DNA from: an uncultured Acidobacteriota bacterium
GTDB taxonomy: Bacteria; Acidobacteriota; Thermoanaerobaculia; Gp7-AA8
Reading direction: 5' to 3'
Length of the DNA stretch: 64,000 bases
Assembly (NCBI GenBank): GCA_963822445.1
Contig: CAWGHO010000002.1
Span: forward strand, 2,432,001 to 2,496,000
Part shown: in pieces, positions 19,545 through 28,727 of the stretch
Numbering within the stretch: position 1 is the first letter of the stretch
Layout: each line of letters starts with the position of its first letter
Notes under the pieces: model-generated
Database searches by the model: none
Told to the model about the DNA's origin: nothing
What the model saw: only the letters and a program-made list of their open reading frames with translations
Program-made: the position numbers and the translations under genes

Positions 19545-20356
19545 ATCAGGTCGGCGAACTCCCGCTCCATGTTCTTGAAGTAGTAGATGCCGCCGACCAG
19601 AAGGATCACCGCCAGCGCGCAACTCACGAACACGCCGGGCAGGTTGAGCGAGGCCGTGCCGAGGAGGGACCAGCGGAAGCCGTCGATCACCGAAACCATC
19701 GGATTCATCGAGTAGAGCAGGCGGTAGCGCTCCGGAATGTTGGTGCTGCTGAAGGCGACCGGCGAGGCGTACAGACCGAGCTGCAGGATGAAGGGGATGA
19801 AATGGCGGACGTCGCGGTACTTCACGTACAGCGCGGCGAACCAGATTCCCGATCCAAGGGTGAAGACGAAGCAGAGGAGGACGAAGAACGGCAGCGCGGC
19901 GATGCGCGCGCTCGGCATCACGCCGTAGACCAGCATGAGGATCAGCAGGAACACGAAGGAGACGAGGAAGTCGATCGTGGCCACGGCCACCGCGGCAAGG
20001 GGCAGGATCAGTCGAGGGAAGTAGACCTTGTTGATCACGTGACCGTTGCCGAGCACGGAATTGCTGCATTCGCCGAAGCCGGTAGCGAAGAACTGCCAGG
20101 GCACGAGCGCGCTGAAGGTCAGCACGGCGTACGGAATCCCCTCGGACGGCAGCTTGGCGATGTATCCGAAGACCACCGTGAGCACGATCATGGTGATGAA
20201 CGGCCGCACGAAAGCCCAGCCGATGCCGACCACGGTCTGCTTGTAGCGGACGGCGATGTCCCGCCAGGCCAGGAAGCCGAGCAGCTCGCGGTACTCCCAG
20301 ACCTCTTTCAGGTCGAGTTGCGCGAAACCGGTCCGGCGCTTGATGACCTTGTGCAT
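19541..20356 (-). CDS. wzm: Polysaccharide ABC exporter permease
   Basis: RDIAVRYKQTVVGIGW, KVYFPRLILP, NPMVSVIDGFR, EREFADLI. Confidence 0.93.
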   Translation of the reverse strand: MHKVIKRRTGFAQLDLKEVWEYRELLGFLAWRDIAVRYKQTVVGIGWAFVRPFITMIVLTVVFGYIAKLPSEGIPYAVLTFSALVPWQFFATGFGECSNSVLGNGHVINKVYFPRLILPLAAVAVATIDFLVSFVFLLILMLVYGVMPSARIAALPFFVLLCFVFTLGSGIWFAALYVKYRDVRHFIPFILQLGLYASPVAFSSTNIPERYRLLYSMNPMVSVIDGFRWSLLGTASLNLPGVFVSCALAVILLVGGIYYFKNMEREFADLI

Positions 20357-20363
20357 CGCGGGC

Positions 20364-20372
20364 AGAGTACCA
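20364..20372 (-). promoter_or_regulatory. Putative extended -10 (TGGTACTCT) for wzm, likely leaderless
   Basis: TGn-TACTCT 7 nt upstream of ATG 20356; no SD. Confidence 0.5.
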
Positions 20373-20378
20373 AACGTC

Positions 20379-21836
20379 TCAGTGCATGCAGACGGCGGTG
20401 AGTCCGGGCGTTTGCGAATGCACGATGCGTGGCCAGATCGCCTGACCATCGCTCCTCGGCCGGCTGCATGCGGACCGCGCGGCGGTGCAGATTGGATTGC
20501 GCCGCTCGCCGCAGCCCATGAATCCGAGCCCGTGGTACGTCGCGATGTAGTGCTGCGCGAACCAGCCGTTGTTGAAGGGGGACCAGACCGCCGGTGTGAA
20601 TCGACGATAGCCCCAGGTCAGGTCATGGGACTCGATCAGGCGGTGCTCTTCGATGTTGCCGTACTTTGGACCGACGTAGGCGACAGTGATCGGCCTGTTC
20701 TGCCAATGTGTCGTGATCGCGCGGATGGTGGCCTCGTCGCGGGTCCAGCTCTTCACGCGTTCCCGTGTTTCGAAAAATGTGGGCGGCAGCATGACCATCG
20801 TCGCGAGAATTGCGATGACCGGTCCGAATCGGGGCAATTGCAACAGCAGCGGTAAGACGCTCAAGGCCAGAGCAAACGCTGTCGGCGTCGCGACTCGCCA
20901 CGCTTCCGGACTCTGACTCATGATCAACGTCGGCAACGCCGGCACGAAGAACATCAACAGAGGGAAGATCAACGCCATCGCGATGTCGAATGCAGTTCGC
21001 CGGCGGATGAGGAACGCGGCCGCGGTGACGAGGCCGATGCTCAGCGGCACGAACTTCCAGAGCGACATGGCCTGCAACGCGCTCGTGTAGTACGCGATCG
21101 AAGGCATGACGCCGTTGACGGCGAGATTGAAGATGCCGTGGTACTTCTCGGCGAGGAATGTCGAGCTGAAGGTCACCAGTCCGCGTTCATCGGCGCCGGT
21201 GATCCACGGCCGTATCAGCTGCATCACCGCGATCTGCATCGCGCCGGCGACGGCAGTCAGCGCGAGCTTCAGCAAGGAATCGCGCAGCTTCCAGGGCGTG
21301 TCCGCGAGACGTTTCACGAACGGCTCGGCCACGAGATATACAAGAACGAGTGCGACGAAGGCCTGGTAGCCGTTCAGGCCGATGAAGATCAGCACCGTTC
21401 CGGCGGTGAATCGGCGCTCTTCCCAGAGGAGGACGCCCGCGGTGAGAAAGGCCATGGCCAGCGGCAGGGCGTGGAGCGAGTTCCACAGACCGGCGTCGTT
21501 CAGAACGGGATTGGCCAGCACGACCAGCGGAAGTGTGTATGCCAGCGACGGCTTCACGTTCCAGCGCCGGAGCAGCATCGCCAGCAGCATCGCCGACACG
21601 CCGAAATACACCGCCGCGGATAGCTTGGGCAGCACGGTCCAGAAGTGATTGGGAACGATCGCTTCGAAGATCCGATACTCGAGCCAGACCAGCGGGCGAT
21701 ACGAGCCGAGGTAGAAGAGGCCGGGGCGCAACGGGACGGCGAAGTCGTCGAAGAACAGCGGATTCGCGGCGATGGCGGGTGCGCGCGTGGCCAGCCAGAA
21801 CGCCGTGTACGCGAGCGCCGCCGCAATCGCCCGCAC
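20379..21836 (-). CDS. Polytopic membrane protein, GT-C/GtrII-like glycosyltransferase candidate
   Basis: About 11 TM segments, acidic FFDDF motif after the first TM, GYQA motif and a soluble C-terminal domain; inside the glycan operon. Confidence 0.55.
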   Translation of the reverse strand: MRAIAAALAYTAFWLATRAPAIAANPLFFDDFAVPLRPGLFYLGSYRPLVWLEYRIFEAIVPNHFWTVLPKLSAAVYFGVSAMLLAMLLRRWNVKPSLAYTLPLVVLANPVLNDAGLWNSLHALPLAMAFLTAGVLLWEERRFTAGTVLIFIGLNGYQAFVALVLVYLVAEPFVKRLADTPWKLRDSLLKLALTAVAGAMQIAVMQLIRPWITGADERGLVTFSSTFLAEKYHGIFNLAVNGVMPSIAYYTSALQAMSLWKFVPLSIGLVTAAAFLIRRRTAFDIAMALIFPLLMFFVPALPTLIMSQSPEAWRVATPTAFALALSVLPLLLQLPRFGPVIAILATMVMLPPTFFETRERVKSWTRDEATIRAITTHWQNRPITVAYVGPKYGNIEEHRLIESHDLTWGYRRFTPAVWSPFNNGWFAQHYIATYHGLGFMGCGERRNPICTAARSACSRPRSDGQAIWPRIVHSQTPGLTAVCMH

Positions 21837-22807
21837 TAGCCCCCTCGCTCGGCCTCGACCAGGATTTTCACCAGCTCAGGAAAACGCGTCGTGGCCTTCC
21901 AGCCGAGGTCGCGCGTGGCTTTCTTCGCGTTTCCGCGGCTGTAGCGGATGTCGCTCGGCCGGAAGAGCGAAGGATCGACATCGACGTGATCCCGCCAGGC
22001 CAGACCGACCTCCGCGAAAACAGCCTCGACGAAATCCTCGACGGTGTGGCTCTCGCCGGTGGCGATGACGTAATCGGCGGGATCGTTCTGCTGCAGCATC
22101 CGCCACATCGCGTCGACGTATTCCGGCGCGTAGCCCCAGTCACGCGCGACGGTGAGATCGCCGAGCCGCAGACGCATGGCCGAGCCGTTCGCAATCGCCA
22201 CCGCGCCCGAAACGATTTTCTTCGTGACGAAGCGCTCGCTGCGCAGGGGGGATTCGTGATTGAAGAGGATGCCCGACGCAACGTGGATGCCGTAGGCCTC
22301 GCGGTAGTTCGTCGCCGTCCAGTGCGCGGTGGCCTTGGCCGTGGCGTACGGGCTGCGGGGCATGAACGGCGTCTGTTCGTCGCAGGCCTCGCCCGGGGAA
22401 ACGTTGCCGAAGGACTCGCTCGAGGAGGAGTTGTAGATGCGGACGGGCGTTTTCAGAAAACGCACGACCTCGAGCACGATCAGCGCGGCTTGGGCGATGC
22501 TCTCGATGGCCTCGATCGGTTGGGAGAAGGACAGGCCGACCGAGGTCTGGCCGGCGAGGTTGTAGATCTCGTCGGGTTGCACGGTTGAGACGAGCTGCAG
22601 CATCTCCCGGAAATCGCGGAGTGAAGTCGAATGGGTCGTGACGCGCTCGCGGATTCCGAGTTGGGCGAGACGGGTGAAGGGCTGCAGCTCGGCGTCGCGA
22701 GAGGTGCCGTGCACTTCGTAGCCTTTGTCGAGGAGGAGGCGGGAGAGGTAGGCGCCGTCCTGTCCCGACACGCCGAGGATGAGGGCGCGCTTCATCGCGG
22801 GAATCAT
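21836..22807 (-). CDS. gmd: GDP-mannose 4,6-dehydratase
   Basis: GVSGQDGAYL, YNLAGQTSVGLSF, PRSPYATAK, LFNHESPLR, RDWGYAPEYV. Confidence 0.9.
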   Translation of the reverse strand: MIPAMKRALILGVSGQDGAYLSRLLLDKGYEVHGTSRDAELQPFTRLAQLGIRERVTTHSTSLRDFREMLQLVSTVQPDEIYNLAGQTSVGLSFSQPIEAIESIAQAALIVLEVVRFLKTPVRIYNSSSSESFGNVSPGEACDEQTPFMPRSPYATAKATAHWTATNYREAYGIHVASGILFNHESPLRSERFVTKKIVSGAVAIANGSAMRLRLGDLTVARDWGYAPEYVDAMWRMLQQNDPADYVIATGESHTVEDFVEAVFAEVGLAWRDHVDVDPSLFRPSDIRYSRGNAKKATRDLGWKATTRFPELVKILVEAERGG

Positions 22808-23853
22808 CGCATGACGCCGTCGAGGATCTCGCTCGCTCTACTCGCGAAGTTGGCAAACGAGAAGTGCTCGAGCAGCGTCGGAATCTCACGACTGGGCCGC
22901 TCCAGCAGCTCTTTGATCGCCGATTCGATCTCCGCGGGATTCGACGGATCGACGAGCAGGCCGAGCTGCCCATCGAGCAGCGCTTCCCGTCCGCCGTCGT
23001 GTTTGCTGCCGATCACCGGCACGCCCGAAGCGAGCGCTTCGAGGTAGACGAAGCCGAAGCCTTCGCCGCGGCTGGGCATGGCGTAGATGTCCGCGAGTGC
23101 GTACAGATCGGCTTTGTCGGTTTCGGAAAAGAGGCCGGTGAAGATGACGCGATCGGCGACGCCGAGGTCGAGCGCGCGTTGCTGGAGGCGAATGAAGTCA
23201 TTGCCGCCGCCGGCGATGAGATAGACGACGTCCGGCGGCAGGTTCGGCAGCACTTCCATCACTTCATCGAAGCCTTTGTAGCGCTCCGCCGATTCGAGTC
23301 TGCCCACGGTGAGGATCACCCGCTTACCCGCGAGCTTGTAGCGCTCGATGAGATCGGCGCGTTTCGCGCGGATGCCGTACTGCTCGAGATGGATGGCGTT
23401 CGGCAGGAGGTAGGTCGGGCCGCGATATCCGGACCAGTCCAACAGCCGGTCGCGGGTGATGGCGCTGATGGAGATGATTGCCCGGCAGTTCCGCAGCAAC
23501 CGTCGTGACAGCGGATTCTTCAGCGGCTTCCAGGCTTCGATTCCATACACGAGCAACACCGGCCGCGAGAACGCGACGGGGAGCAGGTTCACGTGGCCGC
23601 AGATGACGAGATCGAACTTCGCGCGGCGTTCGCGTGCGATCGCGCGCAGGTAGGCGACGTTGCCGCGAGCTGCGTCGGCGAGAAACCGGATCTTCGGCGG
23701 AATCACGCCGGGCTCACCGCGGATCAGGCGGGGCAGCACGGTCACTTCTTCGACGTCGTTCCGCGCCGCCAGCGCTTCGGCGAAATCGCGGTTGTAAAGG
23801 GCGATGCCGCCGTGACCGCCGTACGAATCGGTGCAGAGGAAGAGGATGCGCAT
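22804..23853 (-). CDS. Glycosyltransferase family 4
   Basis: GGHGGIALYN, VGRLESAERYKGFD, GEGFGFVYLEALASG. Confidence 0.92.
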   Translation of the reverse strand: MRILFLCTDSYGGHGGIALYNRDFAEALAARNDVEEVTVLPRLIRGEPGVIPPKIRFLADAARGNVAYLRAIARERRAKFDLVICGHVNLLPVAFSRPVLLVYGIEAWKPLKNPLSRRLLRNCRAIISISAITRDRLLDWSGYRGPTYLLPNAIHLEQYGIRAKRADLIERYKLAGKRVILTVGRLESAERYKGFDEVMEVLPNLPPDVVYLIAGGGNDFIRLQQRALDLGVADRVIFTGLFSETDKADLYALADIYAMPSRGEGFGFVYLEALASGVPVIGSKHDGGREALLDGQLGLLVDPSNPAEIESAIKELLERPSREIPTLLEHFSFANFASRASEILDGVMR

Positions 23854-25620
23854 TTACTGCGCCGCCTTCCATGCTTCGAACATCAGCATCGTCCAGAGCC
23901 TGCCCTCATGGTTCTCGCCGGCGAGATGCTTTTTCCAAGTCCCGTTCTCGCGCGGGATCAGCGACTCCGCCCAATCGCGCAAGGGACCGCGCAGCCATTC
24001 CGCGACGGGCAGACCGAAGCCCTGTTTCTCGCGATCGACGAGCGCGTCCGGGAGACAACGCCGAAGCACTTTCTTGAGGATCCACTTGCCGCTGTCGTTG
24101 CGGATCTTCATCGAGACCGGCAGCGTCCAGGCCAGCTCGGCCAGGCGATGGTCGAGCAATGGCTCGCGCGCTTCGAGGCTGACGGCCATGCTGGCGCGAT
24201 CGACTTTCACCAGGATGTCGTCCCGCATATACGTCGTGAAGTCCACCAGCATGATCTCCTCGGAAGCATCAGCGAGATTCATGCGCTCGCGAAGCGGCGT
24301 CCTGCCGTTCCAGTAACGCGCGATGGGATCGGCATCGAGCAGCGCGCTGCCGAATCGGCGGATGCGTTCGGAGCGGCCGAGGGCTCGCATCGCGCGACCC
24401 AGCGGACGGCGGAGCAGACGCGGGACGGCGGAGACACGGCGTTGCAGGCGGCGGCCGAGGAAGTGGTGGTGATACCCGCCGAAAAGCTCGTCCCCGCCGT
24501 CACCCGAGAGCGCAACGGTGACGTTTTTGCGAGCCATGCGCGAGACGAGGTAGGTCGGAATCGCCGAAGTGTCGGCAAACGGCTCGTCGTAGATGCGCGG
24601 CATTTCCGTGGCGACGCGCAGAGCGTCATCGACGGTGACGTACAGCTCCTGGTGATGCGAGCCGATGTGCTTCGCGACCGCGCGGCCGAACGGCGCCTCG
24701 TCGAAGCGCGGATCGTCGAAGCCCATGGTGAAGGTGTGGATCGGCGCGGATTGCTGCCGCTGCATGATCGCGGCGACGAGGCTCGAGTCGATGCCGCCGG
24801 AGAGAAAGACGCCGAGGGGGACGTCGGCGATCACGCGCAGCGAGATCGAGTCGATCAGGAGTTGCTCGACCGCGTCGACTGCGTCTTCCTCCGACCCCGT
24901 GAAGGTCGTCGCGCGCTCGGCGGTCTCGATGGCGTCCCAGTAGGTCGTGACGCGCGCGCCGCTCTTCGAGATGGTGAGGATCCTTCCGGGCTCGAGCTTC
25001 TTCGCGGCGCGATAGATCGACCAGGGGCCGGGCACGTACTGGAATTGTTCGTAGAGCGCGGCGGCCTCGTTGTCGATGGCGCGATCGAAGCGGGGATGCG
25101 CGGCCAGGGCTTTGAGCTCGGACGCGAAGAGGACCGATTTCGCGTCGAGCGAGTAGTAGAGCGGTTTCACGCCGGCGCGGTCGCGCACGAGGGAGAGAGT
25201 CTGCTCGCGCGCATCCCAGAGCGCGAACGCGAACATGCCGATCGACTCGCGCAGCGCGTTCTCGACGCCCCACGCTTCGATGCAGGCCAGGAGGATCTCC
25301 ACGTCGCAGTGGCCGCGCCAGTTTGGGGCGTTTCCTTCGCGCTCGAGCCGTTCGCGGAGCCGGAGGAAGTTGTAGATCTCGCCGTTGAAGACGATGGTGT
25401 GGCGGCCGCTCGCGGAGGTCATCGGCTGCGCGCCGGCGGGGGAGAGGTCGATGATGGCCAGCCGCCGGAAACCGAAGGCGACGCCGCGCTCGGCGTCAAT
25501 CCACGTGCCCTCGCCGTCAGGGCCGCGATGGATGAGCGTGGCGGCCATCCGCGTCGCCAGCTCGCGCATCGACTCGGCGTTGCCGCCGTCGAAGTCGAAG
25601 AAGCCGGCGATGCCGCACAC
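23854..25620 (-). CDS. asnB: Asparagine synthase-like glutamine amidotransferase (polysaccharide amidation type)
   Basis: GTG 25620 gives N-terminal CGIAG. HRGPD, FNGEIYN, LSGGIDSS, SGDGGDELFGGY, KVDRASMAVSLEAR. Confidence 0.9.
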   Translation of the reverse strand: MCGIAGFFDFDGGNAESMRELATRMAATLIHRGPDGEGTWIDAERGVAFGFRRLAIIDLSPAGAQPMTSASGRHTIVFNGEIYNFLRLRERLEREGNAPNWRGHCDVEILLACIEAWGVENALRESIGMFAFALWDAREQTLSLVRDRAGVKPLYYSLDAKSVLFASELKALAAHPRFDRAIDNEAAALYEQFQYVPGPWSIYRAAKKLEPGRILTISKSGARVTTYWDAIETAERATTFTGSEEDAVDAVEQLLIDSISLRVIADVPLGVFLSGGIDSSLVAAIMQRQQSAPIHTFTMGFDDPRFDEAPFGRAVAKHIGSHHQELYVTVDDALRVATEMPRIYDEPFADTSAIPTYLVSRMARKNVTVALSGDGGDELFGGYHHHFLGRRLQRRVSAVPRLLRRPLGRAMRALGRSERIRRFGSALLDADPIARYWNGRTPLRERMNLADASEEIMLVDFTTYMRDDILVKVDRASMAVSLEAREPLLDHRLAELAWTLPVSMKIRNDSGKWILKKVLRRCLPDALVDREKQGFGLPVAEWLRGPLRDWAESLIPRENGTWKKHLAGENHEGRLWTMLMFEAWKAAQ

Positions 25621-25637
25621 GCGGCACATTATCGGGC

Positions 25638-25752
25638 AGTCGTTAGTGATTGGTGATTAGTCGTTAGTGGTTAGTCGTTAGTCGTTAGTAGTGCCGAGGT
25701 TCGATTCCGGTTTCCCGTTCTACTAACGACTAACCACTAACGACTAACGACT
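25638..25752. repeat. Palindromic heptamer tandem-repeat array: (AGTCGTT)x7 - 32-nt spacer - (AACGACT)x4
   Basis: Left units agtcgtt/agtgatt/ggtgatt/agtcgtt/agtggtt/agtcgtt/agtcgtt. Right arm aacgact/aaccact/aacgact/aacgact is the reverse complement of the unit. Confidence 0.9.
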
Positions 25753-27492
25753 CATCTCGAACACGTGCCGCGCCCAGCTCCGCATCCGCGTGGTCGTACC
25801 GTCGGCGGGGAGGTCCATCCACTCCTTCATCGGCACGAAGAAGCCGCGCTTGCGGCGTTTGCGGAGATACGCGGGCAGGGTCGCGCCGAACGATTCTTTG
25901 CAGGCCGTGCCGCAGTCGATCAGCAGCGGCGCGATCTGCCGGAGCAACGCTGCATCGACTAGAGGCGTGCGCACTTCGACAGAGTGGGCCATGCTCGCCC
26001 AGTCAGCGTCGCGCAGCAGTTGATTGCGCATGTACAACGAAGCCTCCAGCGCCGCGACGCGGCCGAACGGCGTGTCCGGATCGGGATCGAGCGCGCGGGC
26101 GAAGAGCTCGATGATCTGCAGCCGCTGCAGGCCCTCGCGGGCGGCCTCTTCGCCGAGGATTGCGGAGAGGTCGTTGGGCATGAACAGGCCTCGCTGCAGG
26201 AGATACGCGCCGGCGTAGGTCCGGCCGTAGCTCGCCACGAGCTTCGCCTTCGGATGACGGCCGATCATGCTGACCGCGCGTGCGGCCAGCGGCGTGCCGG
26301 CCAGACGCACCATCGACGGGATCTTCTCGAACGACGGATAGCTGCCGAACAGCTCATCGCCGCCCACGCCCGACAGCGCGACTTTGATCTTCGCTTCCGC
26401 CACGGCCTTGCTCACGAACCAGGTGTTCACGCCGTCGATCGTCGGCTGGTCCATCGCCTCGAGAATCTTCGGTAAGTCGGCGAGAAACTCGTCGCGCGTG
26501 ACGGTGCGGGTCTTGTGGATCGTGCCGAGCTCGCGCGCGAAGCGCTCCGCGAGCGGCGCTTCGTCCGCGGTGCGGCCGCGGAACGCGTCGAAGGTGAGCG
26601 TGAATGTATGCAGTTTTTCCGGCGACTGCCGCGTCGCGATCTGCGCCAGCGTCGCCGAATCGATCCCCGAGGAGAGGAAGATTCCCACGGGGACGTCGGC
26701 GACGAGGTGATGGGCGACGGACTCTTCGACACGCTCGCGCAGGGCGATCGACGTTTCGGTGAGATTCGCGAAATCGCGATGCTCGTTCGCGCGGCGGAGC
26801 ACATCCGCAATCGAGAAATGACGCTTCGGCTGCGACGGACCCTGCTCGTCGACGAAAAACGACGTCCCTGCTTCGACCGCACGAACCGCCGCGCGAATGG
26901 TGAACGGCTCCGGTACCGAGCCGGTGAGGAAGAACCCGGCCGCGCCGGCGGGGTCGATTGCGGAGGACACGGCGCCGCCGGCCAGGAGCGCCTTCACTTC
27001 CGACGCGAAGCGGATCGTCGCCCCGTCATCGGCAACGTAGAGCGGCTTGATTCCGTACGGATCGCGGGCGATGAACATCCGCCGCGCGCGGCTGTCCCAG
27101 ATCGCGAGCGCGTACATGCCGCGCAGCAGACCGAGCATTCGCTCGCCGTCGCGCCGAAAGAGCTGCAGCAGCACTTCGGTGTCGGTGTGCGAATGAAACC
27201 GCGCGCCGCCGCGCTCGAGCGAGGCCCGCAGTTCGGCGTAGTTGTAGATCTCGCCATTGAAGACGATGGTCAGCTCGCGCTCGACGTCGACCATCGGCTG
27301 CGTGCCTTCCGGAGTCAGATCGATGATGGCCAGCCGCCTCGAGCCGAGCCCCACCCGCCCGTCCGGCGAGATCCAGGTGCCACGCGCATCCGGCCCGCGC
27401 GAGCGCATCCGCTCCGTGATCGCATCGAGCTCCTCCACGCGCACGGCGGGCGCGGTCGACTTGTAAGCGAATAAGGCGGTGATCCCGCACAT
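25744..27492 (-). CDS. asnB: Second asparagine synthase-like glutamine amidotransferase
   Basis: MCGIT, RGPD, FNGEIYN, ARDPYGIKPLY, LSSGIDS, SGVGGDELFGSY, LLRDADWASMAHSVEVR. Confidence 0.9.
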   Translation of the reverse strand: MCGITALFAYKSTAPAVRVEELDAITERMRSRGPDARGTWISPDGRVGLGSRRLAIIDLTPEGTQPMVDVERELTIVFNGEIYNYAELRASLERGGARFHSHTDTEVLLQLFRRDGERMLGLLRGMYALAIWDSRARRMFIARDPYGIKPLYVADDGATIRFASEVKALLAGGAVSSAIDPAGAAGFFLTGSVPEPFTIRAAVRAVEAGTSFFVDEQGPSQPKRHFSIADVLRRANEHRDFANLTETSIALRERVEESVAHHLVADVPVGIFLSSGIDSATLAQIATRQSPEKLHTFTLTFDAFRGRTADEAPLAERFARELGTIHKTRTVTRDEFLADLPKILEAMDQPTIDGVNTWFVSKAVAEAKIKVALSGVGGDELFGSYPSFEKIPSMVRLAGTPLAARAVSMIGRHPKAKLVASYGRTYAGAYLLQRGLFMPNDLSAILGEEAAREGLQRLQIIELFARALDPDPDTPFGRVAALEASLYMRNQLLRDADWASMAHSVEVRTPLVDAALLRQIAPLLIDCGTACKESFGATLPAYLRKRRKRGFFVPMKEWMDLPADGTTTRMRSWARHVFEMSR

Positions 27493-27498
27493 ACCGAT

Positions 27499-28587
27499 TT
27501 ACCGCGTCACCGGCACATGGCCGCGGCGCCAGTAACGCAGCATCAGCAGCACGAGCAGGGCCACGCCGCCGGCCGTGTAGCCGATGGTCTTCGTTTCCTG
27601 CACGACCGTGAGCACCGCCGCGGCCGCGAAGAGCAGCGTGACGACCCAGATGGAGAGGATCGCCCGTCCGGCGCTGCCGTAGCGGGCGATGAGGATGTGA
27701 TGGATGTGGCGGCGATCGGCGGTGACGATGCGCGACACGCGCTCGGACAGCGGCACCTCCTCTTCACGTTTGCCGAAGCGCTGCTTCATCACGATCAACG
27801 TGTCGATGACCGGCAGGGCCAGGGCCAGGACCGGGCCGCTCATCAGGATCGCCGTCGGGGACTTGCTCGGTTGGGCGAGCGATCCCGCCGCGAGGAGCAG
27901 GCCGATGAACATGCTTCCCGTATCGCCCATGAAGATCTTCGCCGGCGGACGGTTCCAGGGATAGAAGCCGATCAGGCTTCCGCCGAGGGCGGTCATGACG
28001 ATCATGGAGAAGGGGTCCTGACGCAGGAAGGCGATGACCACGAATGCGGCCGCGGTGGTGATGGCCACGACCGTCGCCAGCGAATCCATCCCGTCGATGA
28101 AGTTGACGGCGTTGATCACGCCGACGATCCAGATGACCGTGGCGACGATGCCTAAGAAGCCGAGGTTGTAGACGCTGCCGGCAACGGAGATGACGTCGAA
28201 TTGGAAGCCGAAGGCGACGAGGATCAGCGCCGCCGCGCTCTGCACGGCGAACTTCTTCGGCGCGTTGGCGCCGATCAGATCGTCGTAAACGCCGAGGCCT
28301 ACGATCAGCGCCCCGCTGGCCAGCACGCCGAAGAGATACGACAGGTTCTTGGTGACCAGGTCGAGCGCCTTTTCGTTCGCGGCGAGCAGCAGCAGGGGGA
28401 AGCCGAAGCCGAAGATGATGGCCAGGCCGCCCAGCCGTGGAGTGGCGCCGCGATGGTGCTTGCGCTCGTCCGGCATGTCCACCAGGCCCACGTGCTCGCT
28501 GCCGCGGCGGACGATGCCCGTGGCGACGTACGAGGTGAGCACGCTCGCGACGAACAGCAGGACCAGCGGCACCACACTCTCGTACAT
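27499..28587 (-). CDS. Undecaprenyl-phosphate GlcNAc-1-phosphate transferase (WecA/TagO, MraY-like family)
   Basis: RKHHRGATPRLGG, GVYDDL, NAVNFIDGMD, PPAKIFMGDTGS, DRRHIHH. Confidence 0.88.
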   Translation of the reverse strand: MYESVVPLVLLFVASVLTSYVATGIVRRGSEHVGLVDMPDERKHHRGATPRLGGLAIIFGFGFPLLLLAANEKALDLVTKNLSYLFGVLASGALIVGLGVYDDLIGANAPKKFAVQSAAALILVAFGFQFDVISVAGSVYNLGFLGIVATVIWIVGVINAVNFIDGMDSLATVVAITTAAAFVVIAFLRQDPFSMIVMTALGGSLIGFYPWNRPPAKIFMGDTGSMFIGLLLAAGSLAQPSKSPTAILMSGPVLALALPVIDTLIVMKQRFGKREEEVPLSERVSRIVTADRRHIHHILIARYGSAGRAILSIWVVTLLFAAAAVLTVVQETKTIGYTAGGVALLVLLMLRYWRRGHVPVTR

Positions 28588-28688
28588 CGACCGCGGAAGG
28601 ATAGCAGGCGGGCACGGCCCGCCGCGCTGCTTGCTCCGCCGTCTGCATGAGTGAGGACGTGCGCATGAGCATCGCGTCGGCGCTTCTA

Positions 28689-28718
28689 TACAATGCGCGC
28701 GGCAACTGCCTTCAGGAG
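28689..28718 (+). promoter_or_regulatory. Putative -10 (TACAAT) and RBS (AGGAG) of ETF-QO
   Basis: TACAAT at 28689-28694; AGGAG at 28714-28718, 9 nt before ATG 28728. Confidence 0.45.
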
Positions 28719-28727
28719 CAATGAGAT

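Noticed and set aside
23593-25656. 687-aa plus-strand ORF, and similar long ORFs at 4068-5636, 31228-32883, 38355-39941, 47577-49223 and 57612-59060
   Set aside because: Each lies antisense to a well-supported gene and has no motifs of its own.
25638-25752. CRISPR array or tRNA (the spacer contains GGTTCGATTCC, a T-loop-like string)
   Set aside because: Units are 7 nt with no unique spacers between them and there are no cas genes; no cloverleaf or acceptor stem can be built around the T-loop-like string.
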